Positions 9,213 to 19,704 are shown, counted from the stretch's first letter. The stretch: 64,000 bases of DNA from Candidatus Latescibacterota bacterium (GCA_965237525.1 CBDEFO010000008.1:320001-384000); one strand, 5' to 3'. Notes: a model not told the origin generated them from the sequence alone. Made by a program: numbers and translations.

Positions 9213-10592
9213 ATGAGCAATATACTGGTCATAGAGGACAACGACACGATGAGGGATGGAATATCCCTGATACTCCAAAAGGAAGGTCATCAGGTAACTG
9301 AGGCTCTCGAGGGTAAGGAGGGAGTGGAGACCTTCCGAAAGGGAAAGTTCGATCTTGTCATCACGGACTACAGGATGGAGGACATGGACGACGTCGAGGT
9401 GCTCAAAGAGCTCAAACAAATAGACGAAAACGTGGACGTAGTCCTCATAACGGCATACGGAACGATACCCATAGCTGTGGAGGTTATGAAGACAGGGGCA
9501 GCGGACTTTATTACCAAGCCTTTTTCTCCCGATGAATTTAAGATCAAAATAGATAAGGTCCTGCAATTTAGAGAGGCTAAGACCTTGGGGAGAAAGCTTG
9601 TCGAGGAGAACCGATATCTTAGGGAGGAGATAGAGGTCCGGTACAACTTCAAGGAGATAGTCGGAAGATCTCCTAGTATGATGGAGGTATTAAGCAAGAT
9701 AGGAAAAATAGCGCGCACCGATTCCTCCGTTCTGATTCAGGGCGAAAGCGGAACAGGAAAGGAGCTTGTGGCAAGGGCTATTCACTTTCAAAGCCCCAGA
9801 AAGGACGGGCCATTTATAAAGGTCAACTGCGCCGCGCTTGCAGAAGGGGTCTTAGAAAGCGAACTTTTCGGCCATGAAAAAGGGTCGTTTACGGGGGCCT
9901 TAAGGCAGAAGAAGGGGAAATTTGAACTTGCAGAGAGCGGCTCGATATTCTTAGATGAGATAGGCGACATACCGCAATCTGTGCAGATCAGGCTCCTTAG
10001 GGTCTTACAGGAAAAGGAGATAGAGCGGGTCGGAGGCGAAAGAACTATTAGTCTCGATGTCCGAATTGTCGCAGCTACTAACAAGGATCTCAAGGAGTTG
10101 GTCTCAGAGGGCAAGTTCAGAGAAGACATCTACTACCGGCTGAACATCATTCCCTTAGAACTTCCCCCCTTAAGGGACAGGAGAGAGGACATCAAGGAAC
10201 TGGTGTGCCACTTCCTAAACCTCAAATGTTTGGACATGAAGATAAAGAAGATGGGCATTGAGCCGGAAGCTATGGACATCCTCTCCCACTACGATTGGCC
10301 CGGAAATGTCAGAGAACTTGAAAACATTATAGAAAGAGCCGTAGTCCTATCCGACGGAGACACCATCAAGGCTAGCGATCTTCCCATACTGCTTGAGATT
10401 CCCCTCTCAAACGATTTCCTAAGACTCCCTAAAGAGGACATCCCTCTAAACGACGCCATTGAGAGCCTTGAAAGACAGCTTATAGAAAAAGCTATGGACA
10501 AGGCCTCCGGCGTTAAGATGAAGGCGTCCCAAATACTGGGGCTAAAGACGAGCGCCCTCTATTATAAGCTCGAAAAGTACGGGATGGTATGA
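9213..10592 (+). CDS. sigma54-dependent NtrC-family response regulator
   Basis: REC domain, GESGTGKE, GSFTGA, WPGNVREL, C-terminal Fis HTH. Confidence 0.96.
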   Translation: MSNILVIEDNDTMRDGISLILQKEGHQVTEALEGKEGVETFRKGKFDLVITDYRMEDMDDVEVLKELKQIDENVDVVLITAYGTIPIAVEVMKTGAADFITKPFSPDEFKIKIDKVLQFREAKTLGRKLVEENRYLREEIEVRYNFKEIVGRSPSMMEVLSKIGKIARTDSSVLIQGESGTGKELVARAIHFQSPRKDGPFIKVNCAALAEGVLESELFGHEKGSFTGALRQKKGKFELAESGSIFLDEIGDIPQSVQIRLLRVLQEKEIERVGGERTISLDVRIVAATNKDLKELVSEGKFREDIYYRLNIIPLELPPLRDRREDIKELVCHFLNLKCLDMKIKKMGIEPEAMDILSHYDWPGNVRELENIIERAVVLSDGDTIKASDLPILLEIPLSNDFLRLPKEDIPLNDAIESLERQLIEKAMDKASGVKMKASQILGLKTSALYYKLEKYGMV

Positions 10593-10815
10593 TTTTTGCG
10601 CTATATTTTTGACAGGTAGGGGTGAACCCGTATATTCGCCCAACATGGACAAAGTTACCCTGCAAGATCAATGTCGGTACAGGGTTTCCCTTCCCACGCG
10701 CGAGGCGCCGTGGCCGCTTTGTCAGGGAGGATGAGATGCAGCGAGCAAAGCCGGAAGTGCCGTAGGCCGTACAGACACGGTAGACAGATTTACATTCAGG
10801 AGATGACAGATCCTA

Positions 10816-11910
10816 ATGATACGAACATTTACAAGGATATTAGGCTTCTCTTTGATACTTATCAGCATAGGAACTACTGTAATCTACGCAGACGACCAGA
10901 TAGAGAGCCTGCAAATGGAAATCAGCAGGCTTGAGGTTCTAAAAGACAGCCTTTCCTCCGTGGATCGCAGCTTGATAGCACGAAGCGATAGCCTCTCTCA
11001 TGTCATAGACCGGCTAAAGTCAAAGATCGAAGACCTAACGGGCGTGTTCGTCGAGTACAGACTCGAAAAGGAGCTCAGATACGCTCAAAAGATTGCAGAA
11101 AAGACACAGAACGTAAGAGATAAAATGAATTCTGTAGAGAGTAAATTAACAGATAGAAAAGCAAAACTAAGGGTCCTGTATCAAAAAGAGATAGACCTTC
11201 TGTTCATTCAGCTTAAGGAGACGGACTCCCACGAGGATAAAAGGCAACTGATAGACAAAATAAAAGAGTATTCTTCCGCCAAGGGGAGTCTGAAAACATC
11301 CGACAAATTTCCGGAACTTGGGGAAATCGGAGCTGAAGATATGGAGATCGAGCGGGACGATGGTCCAGCGGAAATAAGGGGAAAAGCTGATCTTTTAAGC
11401 GACATCGCCGACAAGCTTAGGAGGACTTTAGAAAAGATAGAAAGTAAGATGAAGGACCTATCTGAGGAGAAAGATGCGCGCGATAAGATGCAGGAATTTT
11501 CCGAGGAGATATCCTTCTTCGATGAAGACCTCTTCACAAGCAGAGCTATAGGTTCGACTTCAAAAGAGGTGGCATTGACCTCCGGAAGTGAAGGGGTAAA
11601 AGACAGGGGTGCAGATCCAACTTTTGTCGATAACGTGTCAGACGCTGAAGGTTTTGCCCCGAGTCTCCCGGAGGAACCCGCTCAGACTGAGAATGTGACC
11701 GAACTCTTTTCGGGTTCCTCATCAGATAGAGATATAGCTCCCTCAGGCGAGGTCCTGTCAGCTGCATTGGAAAATGTAGAGACAGAGATAAATAAGCTCA
11801 GAGATGAAAATGAAAGGCTCAAAGAGAAGTTTTCCAATTTGAAAGAAAGAGCCCGGAGGCTTTATCACATAGCCCGAGAAATGGAGACCGCACCGGAGAA
11901 CAATAGGTGA
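10816..11910 (+). CDS. secreted coiled-coil hypothetical protein
   Basis: Signal peptide and heptad-rich helices. Confidence 0.7.
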   Translation: MIRTFTRILGFSLILISIGTTVIYADDQIESLQMEISRLEVLKDSLSSVDRSLIARSDSLSHVIDRLKSKIEDLTGVFVEYRLEKELRYAQKIAEKTQNVRDKMNSVESKLTDRKAKLRVLYQKEIDLLFIQLKETDSHEDKRQLIDKIKEYSSAKGSLKTSDKFPELGEIGAEDMEIERDDGPAEIRGKADLLSDIADKLRRTLEKIESKMKDLSEEKDARDKMQEFSEEISFFDEDLFTSRAIGSTSKEVALTSGSEGVKDRGADPTFVDNVSDAEGFAPSLPEEPAQTENVTELFSGSSSDRDIAPSGEVLSAALENVETEINKLRDENERLKEKFSNLKERARRLYHIAREMETAPENNR

Positions 11911-13019
11911 AGTGGCGGGACCACTCCGTGCAACATCAGGCATTTGTACCCTTCATATTGCCCATTATCCTCTTGCTATTTTCCTCCTCCCCTTACGCTG
12001 GAATCTCCCACCAATCCAAAGGAAAGATCGGATTTGAGTACGATGACAACACCTTTGAGGATATAAGCGGCGGAGTAGGGGGCATTCTCCTAAGAACCTA
12101 CATAAACAGCAAATTACAGATTCTCACCCTCAAAAGAGCATCTGGCTCTGTGAACTATCAGACAGGTGCGAAAAGATATATTTCGCCTCCCAATAGAAGT
12201 GGGCTTTCGGCTGGCAATCTGATAGTCAACGATCTGGATCTGAAGTTACGCCTGGGACTCCCTTTAAATGTGAACGCATTGGGAGGGGCGAGGATCAAGG
12301 ATAAAAAGGTCTTCGGAGAAAGGGGAGAAAGGCTCTCCCCCGATGACGGCTATCTTTGGGGAACTGTATCCTTTTCGCTCAGCTTTCCTATCCTTAGGCC
12401 ACTCGTAGGGACACTTACCTACGGCCGATCACTCCTGGACTTCGACAGCTTCGACGACTTCGACCGAAACGGGCACCAGTTTGATATCGGCATCGCATAC
12501 AGATTGTCCAGAAAGTTCAAAGCCGGAGTACACTTCAAAAGGAAGGAACTCGACTTTGAGGGATCCGTCGTCCTGCCTCCCGAATCGGAGAACCCTTCAC
12601 AAAGGAAGAGAGAGGACACGTTCAGCCAGGTAGGGGTCACATGCCAGGCGTACGTCCTCAAATCTCTCATCGACTTTGCATACTCCTATCAAAAAAACTC
12701 ATCTATAAGCTTCGGAAGCTCTTATAGGAGCAACGTCTTTAGAGTTATCATCGTCAAGCGTGTACCCCTCGGCTCGACCGTTCAGGTCTATGCCAGGATA
12801 CAGAACAGACGCTACATGGACAAGATAAAGCTCCCGGATGAAGCGGAGCCGCTCACAGACGAGGACGATCAGGACTCCCTCCAGATCAGAATATCCAAAT
12901 CCCTTACCCCAAGATGGGACATCCAGACTCAATACAGAATCAACAGAGACGAATCCTCCCGAAAGACCGAGTTCTACACTAAGGGACTCTACTCTGTGTC
13001 CCTGAACTATTCCTTCTGA
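11907..13019 (+). CDS. putative outer-membrane beta-barrel protein
   Basis: Signal peptide, alternating aromatic strands, C-terminal YSVSLNYSF. Confidence 0.7.
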   Translation: MKWRDHSVQHQAFVPFILPIILLLFSSSPYAGISHQSKGKIGFEYDDNTFEDISGGVGGILLRTYINSKLQILTLKRASGSVNYQTGAKRYISPPNRSGLSAGNLIVNDLDLKLRLGLPLNVNALGGARIKDKKVFGERGERLSPDDGYLWGTVSFSLSFPILRPLVGTLTYGRSLLDFDSFDDFDRNGHQFDIGIAYRLSRKFKAGVHFKRKELDFEGSVVLPPESENPSQRKREDTFSQVGVTCQAYVLKSLIDFAYSYQKNSSISFGSSYRSNVFRVIIVKRVPLGSTVQVYARIQNRRYMDKIKLPDEAEPLTDEDDQDSLQIRISKSLTPRWDIQTQYRINRDESSRKTEFYTKGLYSVSLNYSF

Positions 13020-13229
13020 AGAGCGTCATTTTTATCAGAAATCTGATACTCGACCCTCAGATTTTTGAGGTTTGTCCGACTGTCAAAGCTTCTTTCGCCG
13101 CGGCTGCTTACCTGCTATTTCGCGCGACAGTGAAGTAATCTCCCTTATCTGAATGACTGATGGCGTCACGACGGGGGGTAAGGGATAGGATAAGACTTTT
13201 TACGATCACGGAATCGTCGTCTTAGTGTG

Positions 13230-13244
13230 TGGCACGAATGTTGC
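13230..13244 (+). promoter_or_regulatory. sigma54 -24/-12 promoter
   Basis: TGGCAC-GAATG-TTGC matches the consensus; lies upstream of the serpin genes and near an NtrC-family gene. Confidence 0.8.
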
Positions 13245-13512
13245 GTTTCGTTTTGTGCAGAGCAGCGACAATTCAAACTTTAAATCATATAAGAAGAGGT
13301 TAAAGACTGTGAAATTATGGATGCTGATAAAAGATATGAGCCTAATTATGCTTGTATCAGGGCTTATGCTGTATGTTGTCATCCAGATCGCCACTGTTCT
13401 GTTCTAACTTCAAGGAGCTGCCAGATGAAAAGGATGCTACTGTGTTTTGCGTGGATACTCGTTATTTGTGCACCGGCTCTTTCACTTGCTCGTTTAATGA
13501 GGAGGTGACATC

Positions 13513-14781
13513 ATGTGCAAGATATTAAATTTCAGCTTCGTACTCTTCTTCTGCATCGGATTTACCCAATGCGGAGGGCATAATCCCCTCTCACCGATTT
13601 TGAATGAGGCGCGCGACTTAACTCCAGCCGAAAAGCGTCTGGTCGAATCGGACAACAGATTCGGCATCAAACTCTTCAAGGCAATTGTCAAAGAAGAAGA
13701 CTCCAAGGTGACATTTGCACCAGCACCCATAGAGGATAGAAACGTCTTTATGTCTCCATTGAGCGTCTCTATGGCGCTGGGGATGACATACAACGGAGCA
13801 GATGGGAGCACAGGGGAAGCTATGCGCGAAACCCTCGAACTCGCAGGTATGACAATTCAGGAGATAAACGAGTCCTACAAAGGTCTGATAGAACTGTTAG
13901 CCAACCTAGATCCGAAGGTGAGATTTGATCTTGCAAATTCGATCTGGTATCGTCAGGGATACTCCTTTGAGGAGGCGTTCATGGATCTGAACAAGGCATA
14001 TTTCGACGCCCAGGTGAGAGAGCTGGACTTCAGTGATGCGAGTGCCCTGGATATAATCAACGGATGGGTCGATGACAATACCAACGGGAAAATCGATGAG
14101 ATCGTGGACAGGATCGATGCTCGTACGGTGATGTTTCTGATTAATGCAATCTATTTTAAGGGAACATGGACCTACGAGTTCGATGAAGAACTCACGAGAG
14201 ACGATCTCTTTTTACCGCCCGACGGTTCCGAGAAATCGTGCAGGATGATGATGCAGGTGGGCAACTTCCAATATTTTGAAAATTCCGATTTTCAAGCCGT
14301 CGATCTTCCCTACGGCGACGGCTATTTCAGCATGGTCATCTTCCTTCCACGCACGGAGAAGGACATGAATTTCCTGATTGAAGAATTTAATCAGGAGAAC
14401 TGGGATCTTTGGATACACAGCTTTTCCGAACATGATGGGACTCTGCAATTGCCCAAGTTTACTCTCGAATATGAATTGGAACTGAACAATGTGTTGCAGG
14501 CGTTGGGGATGGGAATTGCTTTCTCGGATCAGGCTGATTTTACCAAGATGTACAGACCAGGTGGTCTATTCATCAGCAAGGTTAAGCATAAAACATTTGT
14601 AGATGTAGACGAACAGGGCACAGAAGCCGCGGCAGTCACTTCTGTGGAGATACGTGAGACGGCAATTGGTCCCTCCGGTTTTTCAATGCGAATTGACAGA
14701 CCATTTGTATTTGCGATTCGAGAAAATCGCACCGGCACGATATTGTTTATGGGCAGAATCGTTGCACCGACCTTGGGTTAA
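13513..14781 (+). CDS. serpin family protease inhibitor (lipoprotein) 1
   Basis: SPLSVSMAL, NAIYFKGTW, hinge EQGTEAAAVT, DRPFVF. Confidence 0.96.
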   Translation: MCKILNFSFVLFFCIGFTQCGGHNPLSPILNEARDLTPAEKRLVESDNRFGIKLFKAIVKEEDSKVTFAPAPIEDRNVFMSPLSVSMALGMTYNGADGSTGEAMRETLELAGMTIQEINESYKGLIELLANLDPKVRFDLANSIWYRQGYSFEEAFMDLNKAYFDAQVRELDFSDASALDIINGWVDDNTNGKIDEIVDRIDARTVMFLINAIYFKGTWTYEFDEELTRDDLFLPPDGSEKSCRMMMQVGNFQYFENSDFQAVDLPYGDGYFSMVIFLPRTEKDMNFLIEEFNQENWDLWIHSFSEHDGTLQLPKFTLEYELELNNVLQALGMGIAFSDQADFTKMYRPGGLFISKVKHKTFVDVDEQGTEAAAVTSVEIRETAIGPSGFSMRIDRPFVFAIRENRTGTILFMGRIVAPTLG

Positions 14782-14800
14782 TAGGAGGAGAGATACTACC

Positions 14801-16039
14801 ATGTCCAAGATATTAAACTTCATCTTTGTGCTCCTGCTCTGCGTTGGATTTATGCAATGTGGAGAGGATAATATCGTCTCACCGATTATGAGTGAGTCGC
14901 GCGACTTAACCGCGGCTGAGAAGCGCCTGGTCGAATCGGACAACAGATTCGGACTCAAGCTTTTCAAGGAGATTATCAGAGGCGAGGAGGACAAGAACGT
15001 CTTCATCTCACCTTTGGGTGTCTCAATGGCGTTGGGGATGACCTACAACGGCGCGAATGGGAGCACAGAGGAGGCTATGCGGGAGGCACTCCAACTCGGA
15101 GATCTGACGATTCAGGAGATAAACGAGTCCTACAAAGGGCTGATAGAACTGTTAGCCAACCTCGATCCGAAGGTGAGATTTGATCTTGCAAACTCGATCT
15201 GGTATCGTCAGGGATTCCCCGTTGAGGAGGAGTTCATCAAACTGAACAAGGCATATTTCGACGCTCAGGTAAGAGGATTGGATTTTGACGATCCGAACGC
15301 GTCGGACATAATCAACGAGTGGGTCGATGCGAGTACTGACAGCAAGATTGAAGAGATCGTGCCGAAGGAGATCGATCCCAGTACGGTGATGTATCTTATC
15401 AACGCAATCTATTTCAAGGGCAGTTGGACCTACGAGTTCGATGAGAGCCTGACGAAAGATGATCTCTTTAGTTTGCCCGACGGTTCACAAAAGTCTTGCA
15501 AGATGATGAAGCAGGAAGGAGGCTTTCAATATTTTGAAAATTCTGATTTTCAAGCAATCGATCTGCCCTACGGCGGCGGCGACTTCAGCATGACCGTTTT
15601 TCTCCCGCGCGCAGGAAAGGACGTAGATTTCCTGATTGAAGAATTCAGTCAGGAGAACTGGGATCTTTGGATAAACAGTTTCTCCGAACATGAATTGACT
15701 CTGCAATTACCCAAGTTTACCCTCGAATATGACCTGACTCTGAACGATGTCCTGAAGGCGTTGGGGATGGAGATCGCCTTCGACCGCGACCGAGCCGATT
15801 TTACCAAGATGTATACAGGGCCAAGTCGTTTGTACATCAGTAAGGTGAAGCGTAAGACGTTCGTAAAGGTAAACGAAGAGGGCACGGAGGCTGCTGCGGT
15901 TACTGCCGTGGATATGCAGATCGATTCGGTGCTCCCTTCGATGCGTGTCGATAGACCGTTCGTATTTGTGATTCGGGAGAACCGCTCAGGGACGATACTC
16001 TTTGTGGGCAAGATCGTCGAACCGATTCTGGAGTCATAG
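14801..16039 (+). CDS. serpin family protease inhibitor (lipoprotein) 2
   Basis: Paralog of serpin 1; AGGAGGAG RBS; hinge EEGTEAAAVT. Confidence 0.96.
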   Translation: MSKILNFIFVLLLCVGFMQCGEDNIVSPIMSESRDLTAAEKRLVESDNRFGLKLFKEIIRGEEDKNVFISPLGVSMALGMTYNGANGSTEEAMREALQLGDLTIQEINESYKGLIELLANLDPKVRFDLANSIWYRQGFPVEEEFIKLNKAYFDAQVRGLDFDDPNASDIINEWVDASTDSKIEEIVPKEIDPSTVMYLINAIYFKGSWTYEFDESLTKDDLFSLPDGSQKSCKMMKQEGGFQYFENSDFQAIDLPYGGGDFSMTVFLPRAGKDVDFLIEEFSQENWDLWINSFSEHELTLQLPKFTLEYDLTLNDVLKALGMEIAFDRDRADFTKMYTGPSRLYISKVKRKTFVKVNEEGTEAAAVTAVDMQIDSVLPSMRVDRPFVFVIRENRSGTILFVGKIVEPILES

Positions 16040-16081
16040 ACCAAATCTACAACATTCTTTCAAAACCACAAGGAGGACAAA

Positions 16082-16390
16082 ATGAAAAGTGTCGCGATGA
16101 GTCTGATGATAGTCCTTTGCACCATTACTGCAGTAAATGCGGAGCTAATTTTTAAGCAAGATTTTGAGAACGGTCTTGCTGATTGGACCCCGGGCTTCGA
16201 TCTTCCTGACGATCCCAACAATCCCGGCAATATAGTAGCATGGGAGGTCGTCCCCTCAGACGAGCAGGTATTCGCCGGCGATCGGTCGCTCAAGCTCTTC
16301 ATAGACGGTCGGCAGGACGACGGTACGGTCTGGCTCGCCGGGGAATTTCCCTCCTACCCGACACAGAACACGGACGTCACAGTAAATTTT
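16082..16390 (+). pseudogene. secreted protein, 5' part, interrupted by element 2
   Basis: Signal peptide; joins in frame with 20536..20859 when the element and one TSD copy are removed. Confidence 0.88.
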
Positions 16391-16421
16391 GGGAATTATA
16401 TCGAAAAGTGCCCATCTCCTC

Positions 16422-16450
16422 TTGACTTCCCCCGGTTTAGGCACTATATT
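16422..16450 (+). promoter_or_regulatory. sigma70 promoter of the transposase-RM operon
   Basis: TTGACT-N17-TATATT, followed by GAGGAG RBS. Confidence 0.7.
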
Positions 16451-16475
16451 GTAAGTAGTCAAGAGGAGATGTTAA

Positions 16476-17414
16476 ATGAGCCAACCTGCTCCAGGACGTT
16501 CCCACCGCAAAGGCGTTACCCTTCGAGAGTTGTTCCGCCGGTTCCCCGATGACAAGGCCGCCGAGGCGTGGTTCATGGAGACCCGGTGGCCGGACGGGCC
16601 GGTTTGCCACCATTGCGGTTCGACCAGCGTGCAGACCGGGGCCGCCCACAAGACCATGCCATTGCGGTGCCGCGATTGCCGAAAGAGATTCAGCGTTCGC
16701 ACCGGGACGGTCATGGAAAGCAGCAAGCTTGGATTTCAGGTCTGGGCCATTGCCACCTACCTGCTGACGACAAATCTCAAAGGCATCTCCAGCATGAAGC
16801 TCCACCGTGAGCTGGGCATCACCCAGAGAAGCGCCTGGCACTTGGCGCACAGAATTCGGGCAACCTTCGAGGCGCAGCCTGACAAGGCTTCTTTCGCTGG
16901 CCCCGTCGAGATCGACGAGACGTTCATCGGCGGGAGGGAGAAGAACAAGCACTCCGACAAGAAGCTCCACGCAGGCCGGGGCACCGTCGGAAAGGCCGTG
17001 GTCGCTGGAGTTAAGGACCGGTTGACGAAGGAAGTCCGCGCCGAGGTCGTTCAGGGAACCGACAGGGAAACCCTCCTTGGCTTCGTCGAGGACCACGTAG
17101 AGCCGGACGCCCGGAAGTTCACCGACGAGCACCATGCCTACCAAGACCTCAGAAACCACTCGACGTGCAAGCATGGCGTGGGGCATTGGGTGGACGGACA
17201 GGCGCACACCAACGGCCTGGAGAGCTTCTGGTCGATGTTCAAGCGTGGCTACCATGGCACCTTCCATCGTATGTCATTCAAGCACCTGCACCGCTACGTC
17301 AACGAGTTCGCCGGGCGGCACAACGTCCGCGACAGCGACACCCTGGAGCAGATGTGCCTGTTGGCTACCGGGCTGGTTGGGAAGCGGCTTCGATACCGGG
17401 ATCTTATCTCGTGA
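16476..17414 (+). CDS. IS1595-family transposase (intact)
   Basis: Zn-ribbon CHHC...CRDC, HTH region, EIDET, TDE, NGLESFW. Confidence 0.96.
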   Translation: MSQPAPGRSHRKGVTLRELFRRFPDDKAAEAWFMETRWPDGPVCHHCGSTSVQTGAAHKTMPLRCRDCRKRFSVRTGTVMESSKLGFQVWAIATYLLTTNLKGISSMKLHRELGITQRSAWHLAHRIRATFEAQPDKASFAGPVEIDETFIGGREKNKHSDKKLHAGRGTVGKAVVAGVKDRLTKEVRAEVVQGTDRETLLGFVEDHVEPDARKFTDEHHAYQDLRNHSTCKHGVGHWVDGQAHTNGLESFWSMFKRGYHGTFHRMSFKHLHRYVNEFAGRHNVRDSDTLEQMCLLATGLVGKRLRYRDLIS

Positions 17415-18451
17415 CCACGACCGCAAGTAGGCCCCCGCGCGGATCGCAGAGATCCGCCTCGGCCGCGAAGAGGACTACATACTCCAGGGCCGGAGTTACG
17501 GTGCACTTCGCTCCGGCTGAATCTCTGTACGATGAATGGCCCACCCCCACATGCATCATATCCGACGGGCCTTACGGGCTGAGTGGTTATCCTGGAGACT
17601 TGACCACAATCGACGGACTCGTGGACTGGTATCGCCCGCACGTAGAAGCGTGGTCTGAACATGCAACGCCGGAAACCTCCCTGTGGCTCTGGAACTCGGA
17701 GATAGGGTGGGCGACCATTCATCCCCTTCTCGCAGAGCACGGATGGGAATATCGGTGCTGCCATATCTGGGACAAGGGATTGGGGCATATTGCCGGCAAC
17801 GTCAACACCCAGACGCTTCGCAAGTTCCCGGTGACAACGGAAGTGTGCGCCCATTACGTCAAGGCCCCGAAGTTCGGAGGGATGTCGGCACAAGAATGGC
17901 TGCGCCACGAATGGCGACGCTCCGGACTCCCTCTCAGACTGGCCAACGAGGCTTGTGGCGTCGCCAATGCGGCCACTCGCAAGTACTTGACTGCGGATCA
18001 CCTGTGGTACTTCCCGCCCCCCAAAGCGTTCCAAGGGCTTTGCTCTTTCGCTAACGAGCACGGAGACCCTGCGGGCCGTCCCTACTACAGCATTGATGGA
18101 CGACGGTCCATGACTCCAAATAAGTGGGCTCGTTGCCGCGCAAAATTTCACTGCTCCGTGGGGATCACCAATGTCTGGCGCACCCCCCAGGTGGCGGGTG
18201 CTGAGCGCGTCAACGGCACGCGCCAATCCATGAGATGGAAGTACATGAGTCTCCACGGCAGCCAGAAACCTCTGTCTCTGGTCGAGATCGCAATTGAGGC
18301 CAGCACCGACCCCGGAGACGTAGTGTGGGAACCCTTTGGAGGACTCTGCCCTGCGGCGGTATGTGCGGTCCGCTTGAGTCGGTTCGGGTGTAGCGCCGAG
18401 ATCGTCAGAGAGTTCTACAAGGCGGCCTGCGAGAGACTCAAGAATGCCTGA
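17411..18451 (+). CDS. beta-class N4/N6 DNA methyltransferase
   Basis: N-terminal ISDGPY (motif IV variant), HGSQKP, GDVVWEPFGG (motif I); GTG overlaps the transposase TGA. Confidence 0.85.
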   Translation: MTTTASRPPRGSQRSASAAKRTTYSRAGVTVHFAPAESLYDEWPTPTCIISDGPYGLSGYPGDLTTIDGLVDWYRPHVEAWSEHATPETSLWLWNSEIGWATIHPLLAEHGWEYRCCHIWDKGLGHIAGNVNTQTLRKFPVTTEVCAHYVKAPKFGGMSAQEWLRHEWRRSGLPLRLANEACGVANAATRKYLTADHLWYFPPPKAFQGLCSFANEHGDPAGRPYYSIDGRRSMTPNKWARCRAKFHCSVGITNVWRTPQVAGAERVNGTRQSMRWKYMSLHGSQKPLSLVEIAIEASTDPGDVVWEPFGGLCPAAVCAVRLSRFGCSAEIVREFYKAACERLKNA

Positions 18452-19217
18452 TCCGCCGACACCCCCGTCAATAGTTGAACCCACCAATTGGGAGCATTTC
18501 GATCTATACCGGCGGGTCAAGAATGCACTGTATGCGGTCCCCGATCGGTTCACCACTCCGACGAACATAGAAGGGCTACTCGTCACAGACATTTTCACCC
18601 TCAACGCAGTCCTGAGTGCATCCATCGAGGAGTCCGTTGTAAACACCCTGAATGCCCTTCGTCCTGTTTGGGACCATGACTCCAACTACCAGACCTACTC
18701 CTTTGTCCGTCAACCACAAACCTTCCCGGACGTTGTTCTGCGGACTGTCGACAACGGCGCAAAGCCCTTGATGGGAATCGAACTGAAGGGGTGGTATCTG
18801 CTCGCACGCGAAGGCCACCCCACCTACAGATTCGCGGTAACCGAGAAAGCATGTAGCCCTTGGGATCTACTCGTAGTCATTCCTTGGGTCCTGTCCAATG
18901 TCCTGGCCGGATCACCTGTTCTTTTCCGGCCATTCATTCGGCCGGCCGTGTTCTGCGCACAGAAGAGGAACCATTATTGGCAACATGAGCGCCAGGCAGC
19001 CGGCGGGAACACGGGAATTAACATTCCCTCTGAAGTTCATCCGTATCCCACGAAGAGAGATCATATCTCAGACAAGCCACAAAGTGACTCCGGTGGAAAC
19101 TTCGGGAGACTGGCGCGATACGGGATCATGGATGAGTACATAAAGAGCATGCTGGATGATAAGGTTCGTGGTGTGTCTGTCCGTAAATGGCTGGAATTCT
19201 TCAAGAAAGAGGCATAA
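18444..19217 (+). CDS. putative type II restriction endonuclease (PD-(D/E)XK)
   Basis: FPDVVL...GIELKGW catalytic pattern; overlaps the MTase. Confidence 0.75.
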   Translation: MPDPPTPPSIVEPTNWEHFDLYRRVKNALYAVPDRFTTPTNIEGLLVTDIFTLNAVLSASIEESVVNTLNALRPVWDHDSNYQTYSFVRQPQTFPDVVLRTVDNGAKPLMGIELKGWYLLAREGHPTYRFAVTEKACSPWDLLVVIPWVLSNVLAGSPVLFRPFIRPAVFCAQKRNHYWQHERQAAGGNTGINIPSEVHPYPTKRDHISDKPQSDSGGNFGRLARYGIMDEYIKSMLDDKVRGVSVRKWLEFFKKEA

Positions 19218-19387
19218 TGGGAAAATCCAACGACGATTCCCACTCCGTCCGTGGCCCCGGCCGCCCGGAAAAGCAGGACATCAAGTTGCCGGCCAGCGCG
19301 GAGGAGATCGCCCGTAACATCTTCGACAACGCCAAGCCGGTAGATCCGTCGAAGCGGCAAACCAACCAGAACAAAGAGAGCAAGTAA
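19217..19387 (+). CDS. small conserved IS1595-associated protein (56 aa)
   Basis: Near-identical to 2130..2303; TAATG coupling at both ends. Confidence 0.8.
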   Translation: MGKSNDDSHSVRGPGRPEKQDIKLPASAEEIARNIFDNAKPVDPSKRQTNQNKESK

Positions 19388-19704
19388 TGGCAGTATCGAT
19401 TTACGATTTAATCCGACAAGCCATTCTCAACAAAGAGCAAGTCTTTGCTACCTACGACGGACATCGGCGGGAAATGTGCCCTCATGTGATTGGAACAAAA
19501 AATGGCAGAGAACAGGCTCTTTTTTACCAGTTCGGAGGAAGCAGTAGATCGGGGCTGTCAATTGACCCTCGAAAAAACTGGCGGTGCATTCCCATCAACG
19601 GCCTAAGCGCCGTATCAGTGCAGAAGGGAGAATGGCACACAGGGCCTAATCATACTCGTCCACAAACGTGCGTAGACGACATTGACGTCGAAGTCGCCCT
19701 TTAG
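19387..19704 (+). CDS. stand-alone WYL-like protein
   Basis: IRQAILNKEQVFATYDGHRREMCPHVIG resembles a WYL-domain start. Confidence 0.55.
   Translation: MAVSIYDLIRQAILNKEQVFATYDGHRREMCPHVIGTKNGREQALFYQFGGSSRSGLSIDPRKNWRCIPINGLSAVSVQKGEWHTGPNHTRPQTCVDDIDVEVAL

Noticed and set aside
16437..18685. Long minus-strand ORFs (276 aa and 463 aa)
   Set aside because: Antisense shadows of the GC-rich transposase and MTase genes; no motifs
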